Origin: Promethearchaeota archaeon
GTDB taxonomy: Archaea; Asgardarchaeota; Heimdallarchaeia; Hodarchaeales; Hodarchaeaceae
Reading direction: 5' to 3'
Length of the DNA: 64,000 nucleotides
Assembly: GCA_048938105.1 (NCBI GenBank)
Contig: JBHLMN010000022.1
Span: 1 to 64,000 of the forward strand
In this document: positions 41,980 to 52,969 of the stretch, in pieces
Position numbering within the stretch: the stretch's first letter is position 1
Layout: each line of letters begins with the position of its first letter
Notes under the pieces: model-generated
The model's input: the letters and a program-made list of their open reading frames with translations, nothing else
Databases searched by the model: none
Told to the model about the DNA's origin: nothing
Program-made: the position numbers and the translations under genes

Positions 41980-44900
41980 ATGACAATGAAAAAATATCTG
42001 AAAATATCTTTAATAGCTTTAGGACTTTTGTTTACTTTATCAAATGTTATTAACTATTCTTTGGCTGATCAAGCAATTAACACTAAGAATCACTTAGAGA
42101 CGATGGAAAGCATTACTAATTCTATTGAGAATGGTGATTTCGAATTAGGGACAACAGATGGTTGGGGATTAAAGTATTTAAAGGCGGGAGAAACAAATCT
42201 ATACGAGGTTTCAACTAATAATCCCCATACTGGAACCTATTCTTACTATATGTATGCCATTGCGTACAATCCCACTTACCGGGGATGTGTTATAGAAATT
42301 GGGCAAAATATCACTGTGAATGCTATAAGTAGGTTCAACCTCACAGGAAATGTATACGTCGATCAATGCACCTGTTACACTCCCTATAGTTCATGGGCTG
42401 GAATATATGTTGTATTCTATAATAGTGATCAGGATGAGCTAGGTCGGGTGTACTATCGTTTTGCAGAAAACCGAGAGTGGGGATCTCATGAATATGAGAT
42501 AGAACTATATAACCAATTGGACTCTTGGTTAGAATTTAACCGAAACATCGCCCAAGATTTTGTTAATGAAATCGGAGGGGATAGTAGTGAAATCACGCAA
42601 ATCGAACTGGTATTTAAGGTAATAGCGAGTGATGGAGATCAATCCGGGGATCGAGGGTATTGTGAGGCCTATTTTGATGATTGGAACCTAGAACACCATC
42701 CTGTTGCTAATACTATTGCAAATGGCGATTTCGAATCAGGAGCAACATTTGGTTGGGGATTAAAGTATTTAAAGGCGGGAGAAACAAATCAATACGAGGT
42801 TTCAACCAATAATCCCCATACTGGGACCTATTCATATTATATGTATGCCGTGGCGTATAATCCTACTTACCGGGGATGCTATATAGAATTTGGGCAAAAT
42901 ATCACTGTGAATGCAATTAGCAAGTTCAACCTCACAGGTTATGTATATGTTGATCAATGTTCAAGCGCTAACACGTATCCTTCATGGGTGGGTATCTATA
43001 TTGTTTTTTACAATAACACTCAGAATGAGCTTGGTCGAGTGTACTATCAATTTGCAAGTGATCATCAATATACTGAATTTGATCATGAGATCAACTTATA
43101 CAATCAATTGGACACCTGGCTAAAGTTTGATAGAAATATTACTCAAGATTTTGTCGATGAAATTGGTGGGGATATTAGCGAAGTTTCGCAAATCGAGCTG
43201 GTATTCGACACCCATGCGAGTGATGGAGATCAATCTGGGGATCGGGGATATTGTGAGGCCTATTTTGATGATTGGAACCTTGAACGCCATCCTGTTGCTA
43301 ATACTATTGCAAATGGCGATTTTGAATCAGGGACAACACTTGGTTGGGGATTAAAGTATTTAAAGGCGGGAGAAACAAATCAATACGAGGTTTCAACCAA
43401 TAATCCCCATACTGGGACCTATTCATATTATATGTATGCCGTGGCGTATAATCCTACTTACCGGGGATGCTATATAGAATTTGGGCAAAATATCACTGTG
43501 AATGCAATTAGCAAGTTCAACCTCACAGGTTATGTATATGTTGATCAATGTTCAAGCGCTAACACGTATCCTTCATGGGTGGGTATCTATATTGTTTTTT
43601 ACAATAACACTCAGAATGAGCTTGGTCGAGTGTACTATCAATTTGCAAGTGATCATCAATATACTGAATTTGATCATGAGATCAACTTATACAATCAATT
43701 GGACACCTGGCTAAAGTTTGATAGAAATATTACTCAAGATTTTGTCGATGAAATTGGTGGGGATATTAGCGAAGTTTCGCAAATCGAGCTGGTATTCGAC
43801 ACCCATGCGAGTGATGGAGATCAATCTGGGGATCGGGGATATTGTGAGGCCTATTTCGATGATTGGAGCTTGAAACCAAACTCAATATTCATCAATAACA
43901 ATGCTGATTTTGCTAATTTAGGCTTTCCTGGCACTGGTGTGCTAGAAGACCCATATTTGATAGAGAATTACACCATTACTAACTCGGAGGCCATCTTGAT
44001 AGAAATTCATAATACTACGGCATATTTTCGAATTAAAAACAATCTTCTTGACGGTTTAGAAAGAAATTATAATGGCATCTATCTTCATAACGTCACACAC
44101 GGAACGATCGTCAACAATACTATTCATAGCTGTAAGCAGGGTGTTACAGCAGATTACTATTCCCTTAATAACACCATTACTAACAATTTCATTTCCAACT
44201 GTGCATCATATGCTATTTCTATTCAGGGTGCCTCAGATCTCAATAATGTGACACATAACACTGTTTTTAACAGTGATAGTAGTGGTATTTGGTTGGAATC
44301 AGCTTTCAACACTACACTTCTAAACAATACTATTTCTACCAGCGGTTACGACGGTATTGAGCTATTAGCCTCTGATTATAACGACATTTTTAACAATACG
44401 ATAATAAATAGTACTCGTTATGGCATTAGTCTTATTGGTGGTTCGGCTTGGAATCTCATAGAGTGGAATGATTTCATCAACAACAAAGGTCAAACCTCTC
44501 AGGCTCTTGATGATGTTTCCTTATCTAATACAACTTTCAATTACAACTATTGGGGTGATTGGACAAGCCCCGACAGTGAACCTAATGGTATTGTTGACCA
44601 TCCATACTTGATCGATGGTAATGCAAATAACAACGACCCCTATCCATTAACATCTCCAAACAATCCCATCACAGATCATTCCCTCTCTATCCCTATAGTT
44701 TTATATCCTAACGGTGGCGAAACAATCAGTGGTACTATTGAGATCGAGTGGTCGGCAGCAAGCGATACATGGGGACATCTGATTACTTATACGGTTTATT
44801 ATTCAGCTGATGGTGGAACAACTTGGAACGAATTGGCCTCTGGTTTAACGACTACCTCTTATGACTGGGATACTACCACAGTAGCCGATGGAACCGATTA

Positions 44901-45153
44901 TTTAGTCAAAGTTAATGCTACCTGTGTTGAAGATTTATGGAAAGAGGATATGTCTGATGGCAAATTCTCAATTGATAATCCCGAACCTACAACAACGACT
45001 TCTACTACAACAACACCTATCATAACAACTTCTACTACAACAACAACCACTTCCGAAACTGGTGCTACTTCAGGTTGGACATTTTCCATTCTTCTTCTAT
45101 CAGTGTTAACTGTACTAGTATTGAAAAGAGGAATGAAACCAAAATCCAGCTAA
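41980..45153 (+). CDS. surface protein: three carbohydrate-binding-module-like repeats + NosD beta-helix + Ig-like domain + Thr-rich linker + TM anchor
   Basis: NGDFE.G...GW jelly-roll starts x3, beta-helix, YPNGGE Ig domain, SGW + TM + KR. Confidence 0.9.
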   Translation: MTMKKYLKISLIALGLLFTLSNVINYSLADQAINTKNHLETMESITNSIENGDFELGTTDGWGLKYLKAGETNLYEVSTNNPHTGTYSYYMYAIAYNPTYRGCVIEIGQNITVNAISRFNLTGNVYVDQCTCYTPYSSWAGIYVVFYNSDQDELGRVYYRFAENREWGSHEYEIELYNQLDSWLEFNRNIAQDFVNEIGGDSSEITQIELVFKVIASDGDQSGDRGYCEAYFDDWNLEHHPVANTIANGDFESGATFGWGLKYLKAGETNQYEVSTNNPHTGTYSYYMYAVAYNPTYRGCYIEFGQNITVNAISKFNLTGYVYVDQCSSANTYPSWVGIYIVFYNNTQNELGRVYYQFASDHQYTEFDHEINLYNQLDTWLKFDRNITQDFVDEIGGDISEVSQIELVFDTHASDGDQSGDRGYCEAYFDDWNLERHPVANTIANGDFESGTTLGWGLKYLKAGETNQYEVSTNNPHTGTYSYYMYAVAYNPTYRGCYIEFGQNITVNAISKFNLTGYVYVDQCSSANTYPSWVGIYIVFYNNTQNELGRVYYQFASDHQYTEFDHEINLYNQLDTWLKFDRNITQDFVDEIGGDISEVSQIELVFDTHASDGDQSGDRGYCEAYFDDWSLKPNSIFINNNADFANLGFPGTGVLEDPYLIENYTITNSEAILIEIHNTTAYFRIKNNLLDGLERNYNGIYLHNVTHGTIVNNTIHSCKQGVTADYYSLNNTITNNFISNCASYAISIQGASDLNNVTHNTVFNSDSSGIWLESAFNTTLLNNTISTSGYDGIELLASDYNDIFNNTIINSTRYGISLIGGSAWNLIEWNDFINNKGQTSQALDDVSLSNTTFNYNYWGDWTSPDSEPNGIVDHPYLIDGNANNNDPYPLTSPNNPITDHSLSIPIVLYPNGGETISGTIEIEWSAASDTWGHLITYTVYYSADGGTTWNELASGLTTTSYDWDTTTVADGTDYLVKVNATCVEDLWKEDMSDGKFSIDNPEPTTTTSTTTTPIITTSTTTTTTSETGATSGWTFSILLLSVLTVLVLKRGMKPKSS
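42115..43870 (+). repeat. intragenic tandem triplication, 591-bp unit
   Basis: units 2 and 3 show no mismatch by eye over about 515 bp; unit 1 is diverged. Confidence 0.95.
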
Positions 45154-45399
45154 CATCTTCCTTCTTCTCCTCCTTTTTTATTTTAAACAATCCCTATTTA
45201 CAGTATTATACTTGTTTCTTTTGGAAATACACTTTTTTCCTCTAAATAAATCATTTAGCGGGAAAACTCACTTTCTCATTCTATAACTTAAATGCCAATT
45301 TCAAATTTGCATGAAATATGATTTCTATTGTCTAAAGTGCTTTTTTAGGGGGAAATTGAAGAGAAAAGAGAATTATTTCATTCGAGAATTATTCAAATA

Positions 45400-45512
45400 G
45401 TGATTCTCAAAGGTCTTGATTTGTGAATCAACCCCTTTTTTGTATCGGTGTTTAATTACTCATGAAAATCCGAATTGAAATCAGCAGGAAGAATAAACAT
45501 TATTATGTGGAG
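45400..45512 (+). repeat. dispersed intergenic repeat family, degenerate copy (right part)
   Basis: tgtatcggtgtttaattactcatgaaaatccga vs tgtataggtgcttat and ttactcatgaa in other copies. Confidence 0.6.
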
Positions 45513-45639
45513 CCAGTTTTTATTGAGAATTTCTTCAACAATTTTGCTTCATCATTGACCTTTGTCTGATCTAGTTCATCTACAGATATTCCAAAGAGAG
45601 AAATTTCAACAGTATCGCTATCAAACCATGCGAAGGTGA

Positions 45640-45776
45640 TAACGGTTGAGTGCGTCGTTTTGATAGGTTTCATTATTTTGTACGACAGTAATGACGACAT
45701 TATCCTTCTTTCTGCCAGTGTCAGCTTGGCGATGAGCCGCAATGATCGCCTCTAATCGATAGTGTCTATCGATCAC
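45640..45776 (-). pseudogene. second 3' remnant of the zinc-type ADH-like gene
   Basis: VIDRHYRLEAIIAAHRQADTGRKKDNVVITVVQNNETYQNDALNR; homologous to 21362-21501. Confidence 0.8.
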
Positions 45777-46023
45777 GAGAACTCACCTATACTAAAATGG
45801 TTCTTCTTAACAAATATAACAAAAAGTCCATATATCAATGTGAAATAGTAAGTTCCCACAGGATTAAATTAGTTGTGCTTTAATGACTTATTTATTAATG
45901 ATTAATGTCCATTTTGGAAAAATTAAATAAGAAGCAGTCTAGAAAATATTATATTCTTTGGAATTTACTAAATGTGATAGGTTCAATCACTTTCTTCTTA
46001 TGAAATGTGGACAGGGTGATAAA

Positions 46024-48843
46024 ATGGGACGAGGTCACACTTTTAAGGAGAAAACAAGAATATTATTGCAAGTGTTACGAATTAATCTCAAGAAATCCTT
46101 GATAACACTTGTTGGAATGACAATTGCACTTGCAATAATCACCGCAAGTCTAATTTACTTGGAATCAAATGAAATAGACTATTATATAGGAGTTTTAAAG
46201 AACTCAGAGTTTGAAAAGCAGCTCATATTTCATGTTTATGGAGATTCAGAGGGAAATTACTCTTTTAAAGACATCACTTTGATTCAAAACGCTGTTAATG
46301 AAAAAATTACAGAATTTAACTTGAATAATACTATTATTCAATCAAACTATCCATTTCAATGTAGAATGAACAGAAAAATACTGTTTCGAAACACAAGTGA
46401 ATTGCATTATTTTCGTGGAATCAGTATGGATGAGTCTATAATCAAAGATTGTGTGAAAGGGAGTAAAATTCCAGGTACACCCGATGAAGTGCTTATTTTT
46501 ATACCTAGTAATGACCCAATTGAGCTAGATATAAACGAGACTATCCATTTTTCACTCTTCTATGAGGAAAACAATAACGAAAAATCACACAATATTAGTC
46601 TGAAAATTTCAGGAATGTTAACTGCTTCAAGTATTCGTTCTTCCTCTCAATTATGGTATATGGTGAGTGAGCATAATAGAATTCAAATCATCATGAACAT
46701 AAAGCAGTACTTAGAGTTACTGAACACCTTAAGGACACTATCTGATGAAACTATTTCAAATAGGCTCGAGTTGTATTATTCCTTTGACTTTTCCACGGTG
46801 AATCACCAAAATGCCATCCAAATAATTGATAGATTACTTGAATTCGGTCGGATGGGTTGGGATTTTCAAATTCAGGTTGTGACTCCTCGTGAATCAACGT
46901 GGTATGATATTTACATATCTTCAATGTCATGGTATTATATGATTCAAGATAGTGTTAGTAAATTTAGTATGTTTTTCTTCCTTTTTACAGTCCTTTGTAT
47001 TCCTGCTTTTATCATCACCTTTCTGTTAGTGAATTTTTCACTTGGAGTAATCAATGAAGGCAGAAGAAAAACCCTTACTCTATATAAAATGAGAGGGGTT
47101 TCGAAAAAATTTATTTTAACCATGTTATGTGTGGAAATATTGAGCCTTGCATTTATTGCCTCAATATTAGGATTAATTCTGGGATTACCTGTTTATTTCT
47201 TGATATCAACTACAACTGGCTATCTGAGCTTCGATTTGACAAAATGGCCAAATTTTACAATCGTTTCTCAAGCTACTGTTACGACTGTAATTGGATTCAG
47301 TTTGTGTTTCACCTTCCTTTTACATCTTAGTGCAATAATCAAGCTCGTTAATGCAAGAATTGTCCATTTGGAAGAAGAGGCAAGTAAGAAGAAAAAACGG
47401 AAGAGAGGAACTATCCGTCAAAATATTGATATTTTCTTACTATCTCAAGGAATAATTGGTATTCTTCTTCTCAACCTACTAATGGAAATTTTATATGAGA
47501 CTGGTATGATAGAGAGTGGATTAGCTGTTTACTTTATGGGATTTATTTTCATATTTGCCTTTTTAAGTCCATTATCTCTCTTAGTTGGATTCATTTTCGC
47601 ATTTAATAGATTAATGCCAGTCATGTTGGAAAAATTAGGTGGTTTATTATGGAAAAAGGACTTTAAATTTCTGGCTGTGGCAACTCGTAACTTATTTGTG
47701 AACATAAAGTTAACCACACGTACAACCCTGCTAATAGCTGTTACTGTCAGTTTTTTAATGATTTTGTCTTCGCTTCCCCTCTCATTAAATCAACATATCA
47801 TTAATACGACTTATTATAAGGCTGGAAGTGATCTTGTTATTCAAACATGGGATTTGGTTGATGAAAATGCTATTAGGAATCTTTCAACCAAATTACATGA
47901 ACTTCCTGGTTTAACTACGACGCTTGTTTCATTTAATGATTATGGGGAAATTGAAATTATGGGTATTGAAGATAATTTTGATAATGTGGCATTTTGGAAG
48001 TCACATTATGCAAAACAACCCCTCAGTAATCTCGTATCAGCACTTTATAGCTCTAAAAGTCAATTTCCAGTAATTATTGACTCCTCTTCCGCGAGAATTG
48101 AAAAGATAACTGTCAATGATAATTATCTTCTCAACTTAGATAATCAAAATCCTCTGAGCTTGACAATTGTAAGTAAAACAGACTATTGGCCAGGGTTAAT
48201 TGAGAGACATCGGGATGAGGAAAGATTTCTAATTATTAAAATATCAAATTATTTTGATTTGATAAGCGAGGATGATTCCTATATTTGGTGTAAAATCGAT
48301 CCAAGTTTCGATAAGGATGAAGTTCTTGAACAGGCTAAAAATGTAACCCTGGGATTAGGGGTCGATATTAGGAGCTTTCATCCTACCACTGAAAAATTAG
48401 ATTTAGATCCAAAGTCTCTTGAAGTGAATTTTCTTTGGATCATCACAAATTTTAATTTCCTTGTTGCTCTCTTAGTGTTATTACTCTTTTTATTTTTGTT
48501 TACAATAACACGTATCACAAACCAATTGAAAGAAATTGGATTAAGTAGAGCATTAGGAATGAAATTTCACCAAATCTTTCTCCTAATGTTCATTGAACCC
48601 TTTCTATTGGTTTTAATAAGTGGTTTACCAGGAGGATTAATCGGTTTAGGATTATTAATGACCGTCATAAATTTCGGTCAAGGACCCCCATTCAGCTATG
48701 ATCCTCCATTCATTTTAATGATTGATTTTCCATCTATTTTCCTTATTTTTGGCTCAATTTTAATCACAGCAGTCATGTCTGGATTTATTACCTCGTACCG
48801 AGCAACTAGAGCCGATGTGTCTAAGATTCTCAAAGTGGAGTGA
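46024..48843 (+). CDS. FtsX/MacB-type ABC transporter permease
   Basis: two FtsX motifs (RRKTLTLYKMRG, KEIGLSRALGM); GGTGA SD before ATG 46024 (track start 45958). Confidence 0.9.
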   Translation: MGRGHTFKEKTRILLQVLRINLKKSLITLVGMTIALAIITASLIYLESNEIDYYIGVLKNSEFEKQLIFHVYGDSEGNYSFKDITLIQNAVNEKITEFNLNNTIIQSNYPFQCRMNRKILFRNTSELHYFRGISMDESIIKDCVKGSKIPGTPDEVLIFIPSNDPIELDINETIHFSLFYEENNNEKSHNISLKISGMLTASSIRSSSQLWYMVSEHNRIQIIMNIKQYLELLNTLRTLSDETISNRLELYYSFDFSTVNHQNAIQIIDRLLEFGRMGWDFQIQVVTPRESTWYDIYISSMSWYYMIQDSVSKFSMFFFLFTVLCIPAFIITFLLVNFSLGVINEGRRKTLTLYKMRGVSKKFILTMLCVEILSLAFIASILGLILGLPVYFLISTTTGYLSFDLTKWPNFTIVSQATVTTVIGFSLCFTFLLHLSAIIKLVNARIVHLEEEASKKKKRKRGTIRQNIDIFLLSQGIIGILLLNLLMEILYETGMIESGLAVYFMGFIFIFAFLSPLSLLVGFIFAFNRLMPVMLEKLGGLLWKKDFKFLAVATRNLFVNIKLTTRTTLLIAVTVSFLMILSSLPLSLNQHIINTTYYKAGSDLVIQTWDLVDENAIRNLSTKLHELPGLTTTLVSFNDYGEIEIMGIEDNFDNVAFWKSHYAKQPLSNLVSALYSSKSQFPVIIDSSSARIEKITVNDNYLLNLDNQNPLSLTIVSKTDYWPGLIERHRDEERFLIIKISNYFDLISEDDSYIWCKIDPSFDKDEVLEQAKNVTLGLGVDIRSFHPTTEKLDLDPKSLEVNFLWIITNFNFLVALLVLLLFLFLFTITRITNQLKEIGLSRALGMKFHQIFLLMFIEPFLLVLISGLPGGLIGLGLLMTVINFGQGPPFSYDPPFILMIDFPSIFLIFGSILITAVMSGFITSYRATRADVSKILKVE

Positions 48844-49733
48844 GTGTAATGTTGTTAGAATGTAAAGATCTAATTAAAATTTATCCTTCTCCAGTTGAAG
48901 GTTTGATGTTCCCAGCACTACGAGGACTTGATCTTAAGGTACAAATGGGTGAATTAATTTCGTTAATTGGCCCTTCAGGGGCAGGAAAATCCACTCTTTT
49001 ACGACTTATTTGCACATTCGATCAACCTAGTTCTGGAGAAATCCGGTTTGATGGAAAACTAGTGAATACTTTCACAGACTCCGAATTAGAGGATTATCGG
49101 TTGAATGAGGTTGGTGTCATGTATCAAGCTCCTGAAGACAATCTTATCTGGAGTTTTGATTCACTACAGAATGTTATGTTACCAATGCGTTATTCAGGTA
49201 AATTTGGAGGAAATGAAAAAGATAGAGCCAACGAATTATTGGAAAAAGTTGGATTAAAAGGTAAGGGCCATCGAAAACCATCACAGCTTTCTGGAGGTGA
49301 GCAACAACGAGTCGCGATTGCTGTTGCCCTCGCAAATAATCCCAAACTCCTTTTAGCTGATGAACCTACTGGCGAGTTGGATAGTGGTACCACAGCTGTA
49401 ATTATTGATTATTTCAAGCAATTAAATACTGATGATGGATTAACAATTCTAGTTGCAACTCATGATAAACGCTTTGTGAAAATGACAAACAGAACCTATA
49501 AAATTTTAGATGGAAGGTTAACAACATATCATATTAGGTCTAAGAAGTCACTTGAGATTGATCTCGAAGAAGAAATCGTAATTGTGGACTCTCAGGGCAA
49601 TCTGAGATTACCTCGTGAAGTTTTCCATCAATTCAAAGACTTAACAGCAGTTAAAGTCCAAGTTAAGAATGGGAAAATCGAGTTGATTCCATTTATTGAT
49701 AAACTTAAGAAAAATCAGAGGGATCAGAAATAA
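48840..49733 (+). CDS. LolD/MacB-type ABC ATPase with C-terminal AbrB-like extension
   Basis: [27 protein letters not shown]; [10 protein letters not shown] tail; GTGA overlap with the permease. Confidence 0.95.
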   Translation: MSVMLLECKDLIKIYPSPVEGLMFPALRGLDLKVQMGELISLIGPSGAGKSTLLRLICTFDQPSSGEIRFDGKLVNTFTDSELEDYRLNEVGVMYQAPEDNLIWSFDSLQNVMLPMRYSGKFGGNEKDRANELLEKVGLKGKGHRKPSQLSGGEQQRVAIAVALANNPKLLLADEPTGELDSGTTAVIIDYFKQLNTDDGLTILVATHDKRFVKMTNRTYKILDGRLTTYHIRSKKSLEIDLEEEIVIVDSQGNLRLPREVFHQFKDLTAVKVQVKNGKIELIPFIDKLKKNQRDQK

Positions 49734-50419
49734 CTGTTAATAAAGCTCTTTATAATTTACAACAGGTGTACCGATGGTATGAAAGTAATGTGGAGGTCGT
49801 AAAAGCCGTTGATGGTATCGATCTTCAGATCCGTGCGGGAGAATTTGTTGCAATTTTAGGTCCTTCAGGTTCAGGTAAAACTACATTACTCAACCTTTTG
49901 GCTGGACTTGATAAAACCACAGGGGGAACAATTGTGTTTAATGATTTAAATATGAATAGATTAAGTGATTCAGCTATCTGTGATCTTAGAAGACATGAAA
50001 TAGGTATCATTTTTCAGTTCTATAATATGCATCCTTCGCTAACTGCCCAGGAAAATATTGAATATCCTATGTTGATAGCAGATATTCCTGCAAGTCAAAG
50101 AAACCAACGAGCTACAAATTTACTTAAAAAAATCGGTCTTTTTGGCAAAAAAGATAATTTTCCTACTGAATTGTCAGGTGGAGAAAAACAACGAATTGGG
50201 ATCGCTCGTGCCTTAGCGAATAATCCTCAGGTTATTATTGCTGATGAACCTACTGGAGATCTCGATTCAGAAACTGCTGAAGATATCATTAAATTATTGT
50301 TAAAAGTGAATAAACAGGGGACTACAATCATTATGGTTACTCATGATGAATCCCTCTTAACAGAGGATATGCGAATTTTACACTTAGTTGATGGAAAAAT
50401 AATAAATGAGAAGAAGTAA
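49730..50419 (+). CDS. LolD/MacB-type ABC ATPase
   Basis: GPSGSGKT, LSGGEKQR, ADEPTGDLD; probable ATA start at 49730 (track GTG at 49766). Confidence 0.95.
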   Translation: MTVNKALYNLQQVYRWYESNVEVVKAVDGIDLQIRAGEFVAILGPSGSGKTTLLNLLAGLDKTTGGTIVFNDLNMNRLSDSAICDLRRHEIGIIFQFYNMHPSLTAQENIEYPMLIADIPASQRNQRATNLLKKIGLFGKKDNFPTELSGGEKQRIGIARALANNPQVIIADEPTGDLDSETAEDIIKLLLKVNKQGTTIIMVTHDESLLTEDMRILHLVDGKIINEKK

Positions 50420-50529
50420 ATTAGACTATTCATGTGACATATTGAATGAATAGATATAGAAGTAAAGAAACTTCAGAAGAAGTAGAGGAGTGGCGATGAT
50501 ACCTTCGTTGAATTTAATAAACAGGACTT

Positions 50530-50730
50530 GTGAACTTGAATAAGAAAAAAGGTGTCGGAGTAATTCTATCTGTAATTGGAATTATTATAATGTTTATTAC
50601 TAGTTCTATAGAAAGAGAGTTTCTTTCATTTGAACAATTTCTTTGGATATCATCTGGATTAATTTTGGGAATTGGTCTTTCTCTTCTTTTTTCCTTCTCT
50701 TTATTCCAAAAAAAAGAAGGCAATTCTTGA
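50530..50730 (+). CDS. small 2-TM membrane protein
   Basis: 66 aa, two hydrophobic helices; pseudogene copy at 57499-57699. Confidence 0.65.
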   Translation: MNLNKKKGVGVILSVIGIIIMFITSSIEREFLSFEQFLWISSGLILGIGLSLLFSFSLFQKKEGNS

Positions 50731-50887
50731 TAGTAATAGATTGTTAAGATCCCAGTTATAGAAGATGTCTGTTATTGTCCTCTTTTTCTTGGAATCGCTA
50801 TCAAAAATCAAAAAAAGTAAATGGATTGGAACACCTTTTTGAAAGAATATCTTTGGTAAATAAGATTCTACTCCTCTATAACACCTC

Positions 50888-51892
50888 TCAATACCGATAA
50901 GAGCGTTCTCCTAAAATCTCATCTATTTGATTCATTTGATCGTTTTTCAGTGGACCGAATTCCATTGCCCCAATATTATCTTTAATCTGCTGAGTTGTTT
51001 TAAAACCTGGTATAGGTATTGTCTTCTCACTTCTACCCCAGACCCATGATAATGCACCTTGAGCTAGAGTCCGTCCATCAGTTGTAAGAACATTTTTCAC
51101 GAGATCAAGTTTTTCAAGCCACTCTGGAGCTGGAAACCCATTTTTAAAGTATTTCATCCATTCTGGCTCATTACCGCGGATATCATCCTTGGGTAACTTC
51201 GTCTTTCTGCTATATTTGCCAGTTAATAGTCCCATAGCAAGAGCAGTTCGATTAATACTAGCTAAATTGTGTTCTTCACAAATTGCTATAATTTCAGAAC
51301 CTTCAACTAGAACATTTAGCTCTTGTTGAATAGCTGAACAATTATCATGTTGTGCAAAAAATTCAGCATTTTTTGTCACATCAGTGCTCCACCCATATGT
51401 TTTAATTAACCCATCGTCTATAAGAGTCTCTAGAACTTCTACAACTTTTCTTGCTTCCTCAAGCTCAATTGTCCACAAATGAAGTTGATAAAGATCAATG
51501 TAATCCGTATTTAACCTTTTTAATGAAGCCTGGCAAGCTTGTCGGATATATTCGGGAGAAATGTTAGTTCCAGTCATTTGTTTGCTCTTTTCATCAAATG
51601 TATTCCCAAATTTGGTTGCAATTACCATATCATTTCTTTCATATCCTTCTAAAGCTCGACCCAATACAGTTTCACTATGTCCTGCTCCATACACATCTGC
51701 TGTGTCGAAAAAATTTACTCCTAAATCAATTGCTCTTTGAATTGCTTTAATTGATTCATTATCGTCAATATTTCCCCAACCGTGAGGTTTGTCTCCAGTC
51801 CAAAATGGACCACCGATTGCCCAACATCCAAGACCTAAAGCACTAACTTCAATCCCCGATCTACCAATTTTTCTCTTCATAACAGAGGTCAT
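50888..51892 (-). CDS. aldo/keto reductase
   Basis: LGLGCWAIGG, FDTADVYG.GHSE, ATKFG, SLKRLNTDYIDLYQLH, PIPG. Confidence 0.96.
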   Translation of the reverse strand: MTSVMKRKIGRSGIEVSALGLGCWAIGGPFWTGDKPHGWGNIDDNESIKAIQRAIDLGVNFFDTADVYGAGHSETVLGRALEGYERNDMVIATKFGNTFDEKSKQMTGTNISPEYIRQACQASLKRLNTDYIDLYQLHLWTIELEEARKVVEVLETLIDDGLIKTYGWSTDVTKNAEFFAQHDNCSAIQQELNVLVEGSEIIAICEEHNLASINRTALAMGLLTGKYSRKTKLPKDDIRGNEPEWMKYFKNGFPAPEWLEKLDLVKNVLTTDGRTLAQGALSWVWGRSEKTIPIPGFKTTQQIKDNIGAMEFGPLKNDQMNQIDEILGERSYRY

Positions 51893-52328
51893 GATTTCTC
51901 ACATTAGTCAATTATCATCAATCTTTCTTAAATATCTCAGTTAATATTGGTTTTGATATAAACATATTTTTTCTCTATTCTATTACTAAAGATACTAAAT
52001 ATTCTGGAAGATATGTTACCTGAAGAAAAAAAATGTCTAAAAAATAAAGGAGTTGAAAGTATAAAGTAATTTCGGTTAAAAAAAGTAAAATTAGATGTAT
52101 TTTGATATGAGTACTGTTAATCTTTATTGTTCAGAATGATACCTTGAATCTTAGATATCTAGAGGCTTTGAATGCAATTGAGTAATTTTCTAAAGGAAAT
52201 ATTAGAGATAAATGTTATCTAGGAATGGATTATTTGGCAATATTCGCACACTAAAATTCCAAGAAAACTTGAAGATCAGTAAATAAATAGATGATTGAAA
52301 AAAAAGAAGAGGAGAACCGACAGGGAAT

Positions 52329-52886
52329 TTATGGTACGAGGACTGTGGTGTAAAGATCCCACCGAGTAAGGACGGTTGTGTGGAAGGCTAAGACCCCAAC
52401 ATATAACTGGGTCTCGGCTTGAAGCGGAAAGCGAGATTGAAACTCAAGGCGAACCTCCTCGTGTGCTGAAAGGCGGAAATCACCAAAGAGGACTGTGGTA
52501 CATTCGACGTTTTGGATATCACCTAACGACTCATTGAACTCTACCAAGTCATCTTTCAGACATACAAACACCTTTGCAATCTGAAATAGATCGTTTTCTG
52601 GGATGGGAAATCCACCATAGCTATTAAAGTCACAATAAACTGTGAAACGGATTGTCCCGTTGGTATACACTTCTTCATCAGTTAGAATAAGGCCGAAACT
52701 GGCCCGTGGGCCATATGGGTCCTCAGTTTCATCATTGCTTGTTTGTAACCCATGAATATACAAGTTAATCAAAGCTGTTGTGCTGATGGTTAGGATAATC
52801 ACCAGTGCTCCGACACTGATGACTTTTGTGCGGGAACTCGCTTTCTGCCATTGAGCTGTTAATTTACGGACTTGAGACCATTTCAT
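52329..52886 (-). CDS. membrane-anchored hypothetical protein
   Basis: single N-terminal TM, beta-rich domain; visibly more GC-rich than its neighbours. Confidence 0.75.
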   Translation of the reverse strand: MKWSQVRKLTAQWQKASSRTKVISVGALVIILTISTTALINLYIHGLQTSNDETEDPYGPRASFGLILTDEEVYTNGTIRFTVYCDFNSYGGFPIPENDLFQIAKVFVCLKDDLVEFNESLGDIQNVECTTVLFGDFRLSAHEEVRLEFQSRFPLQAETQLYVGVLAFHTTVLTRWDLYTTVLVP

Positions 52887-52969
52887 CCTGATCTACCCCA
52901 AAGAATTCATTATACGAGTATGTAAACGAGGGCATCCCAAGCATCAATAATACTATGTCCATAATAATT

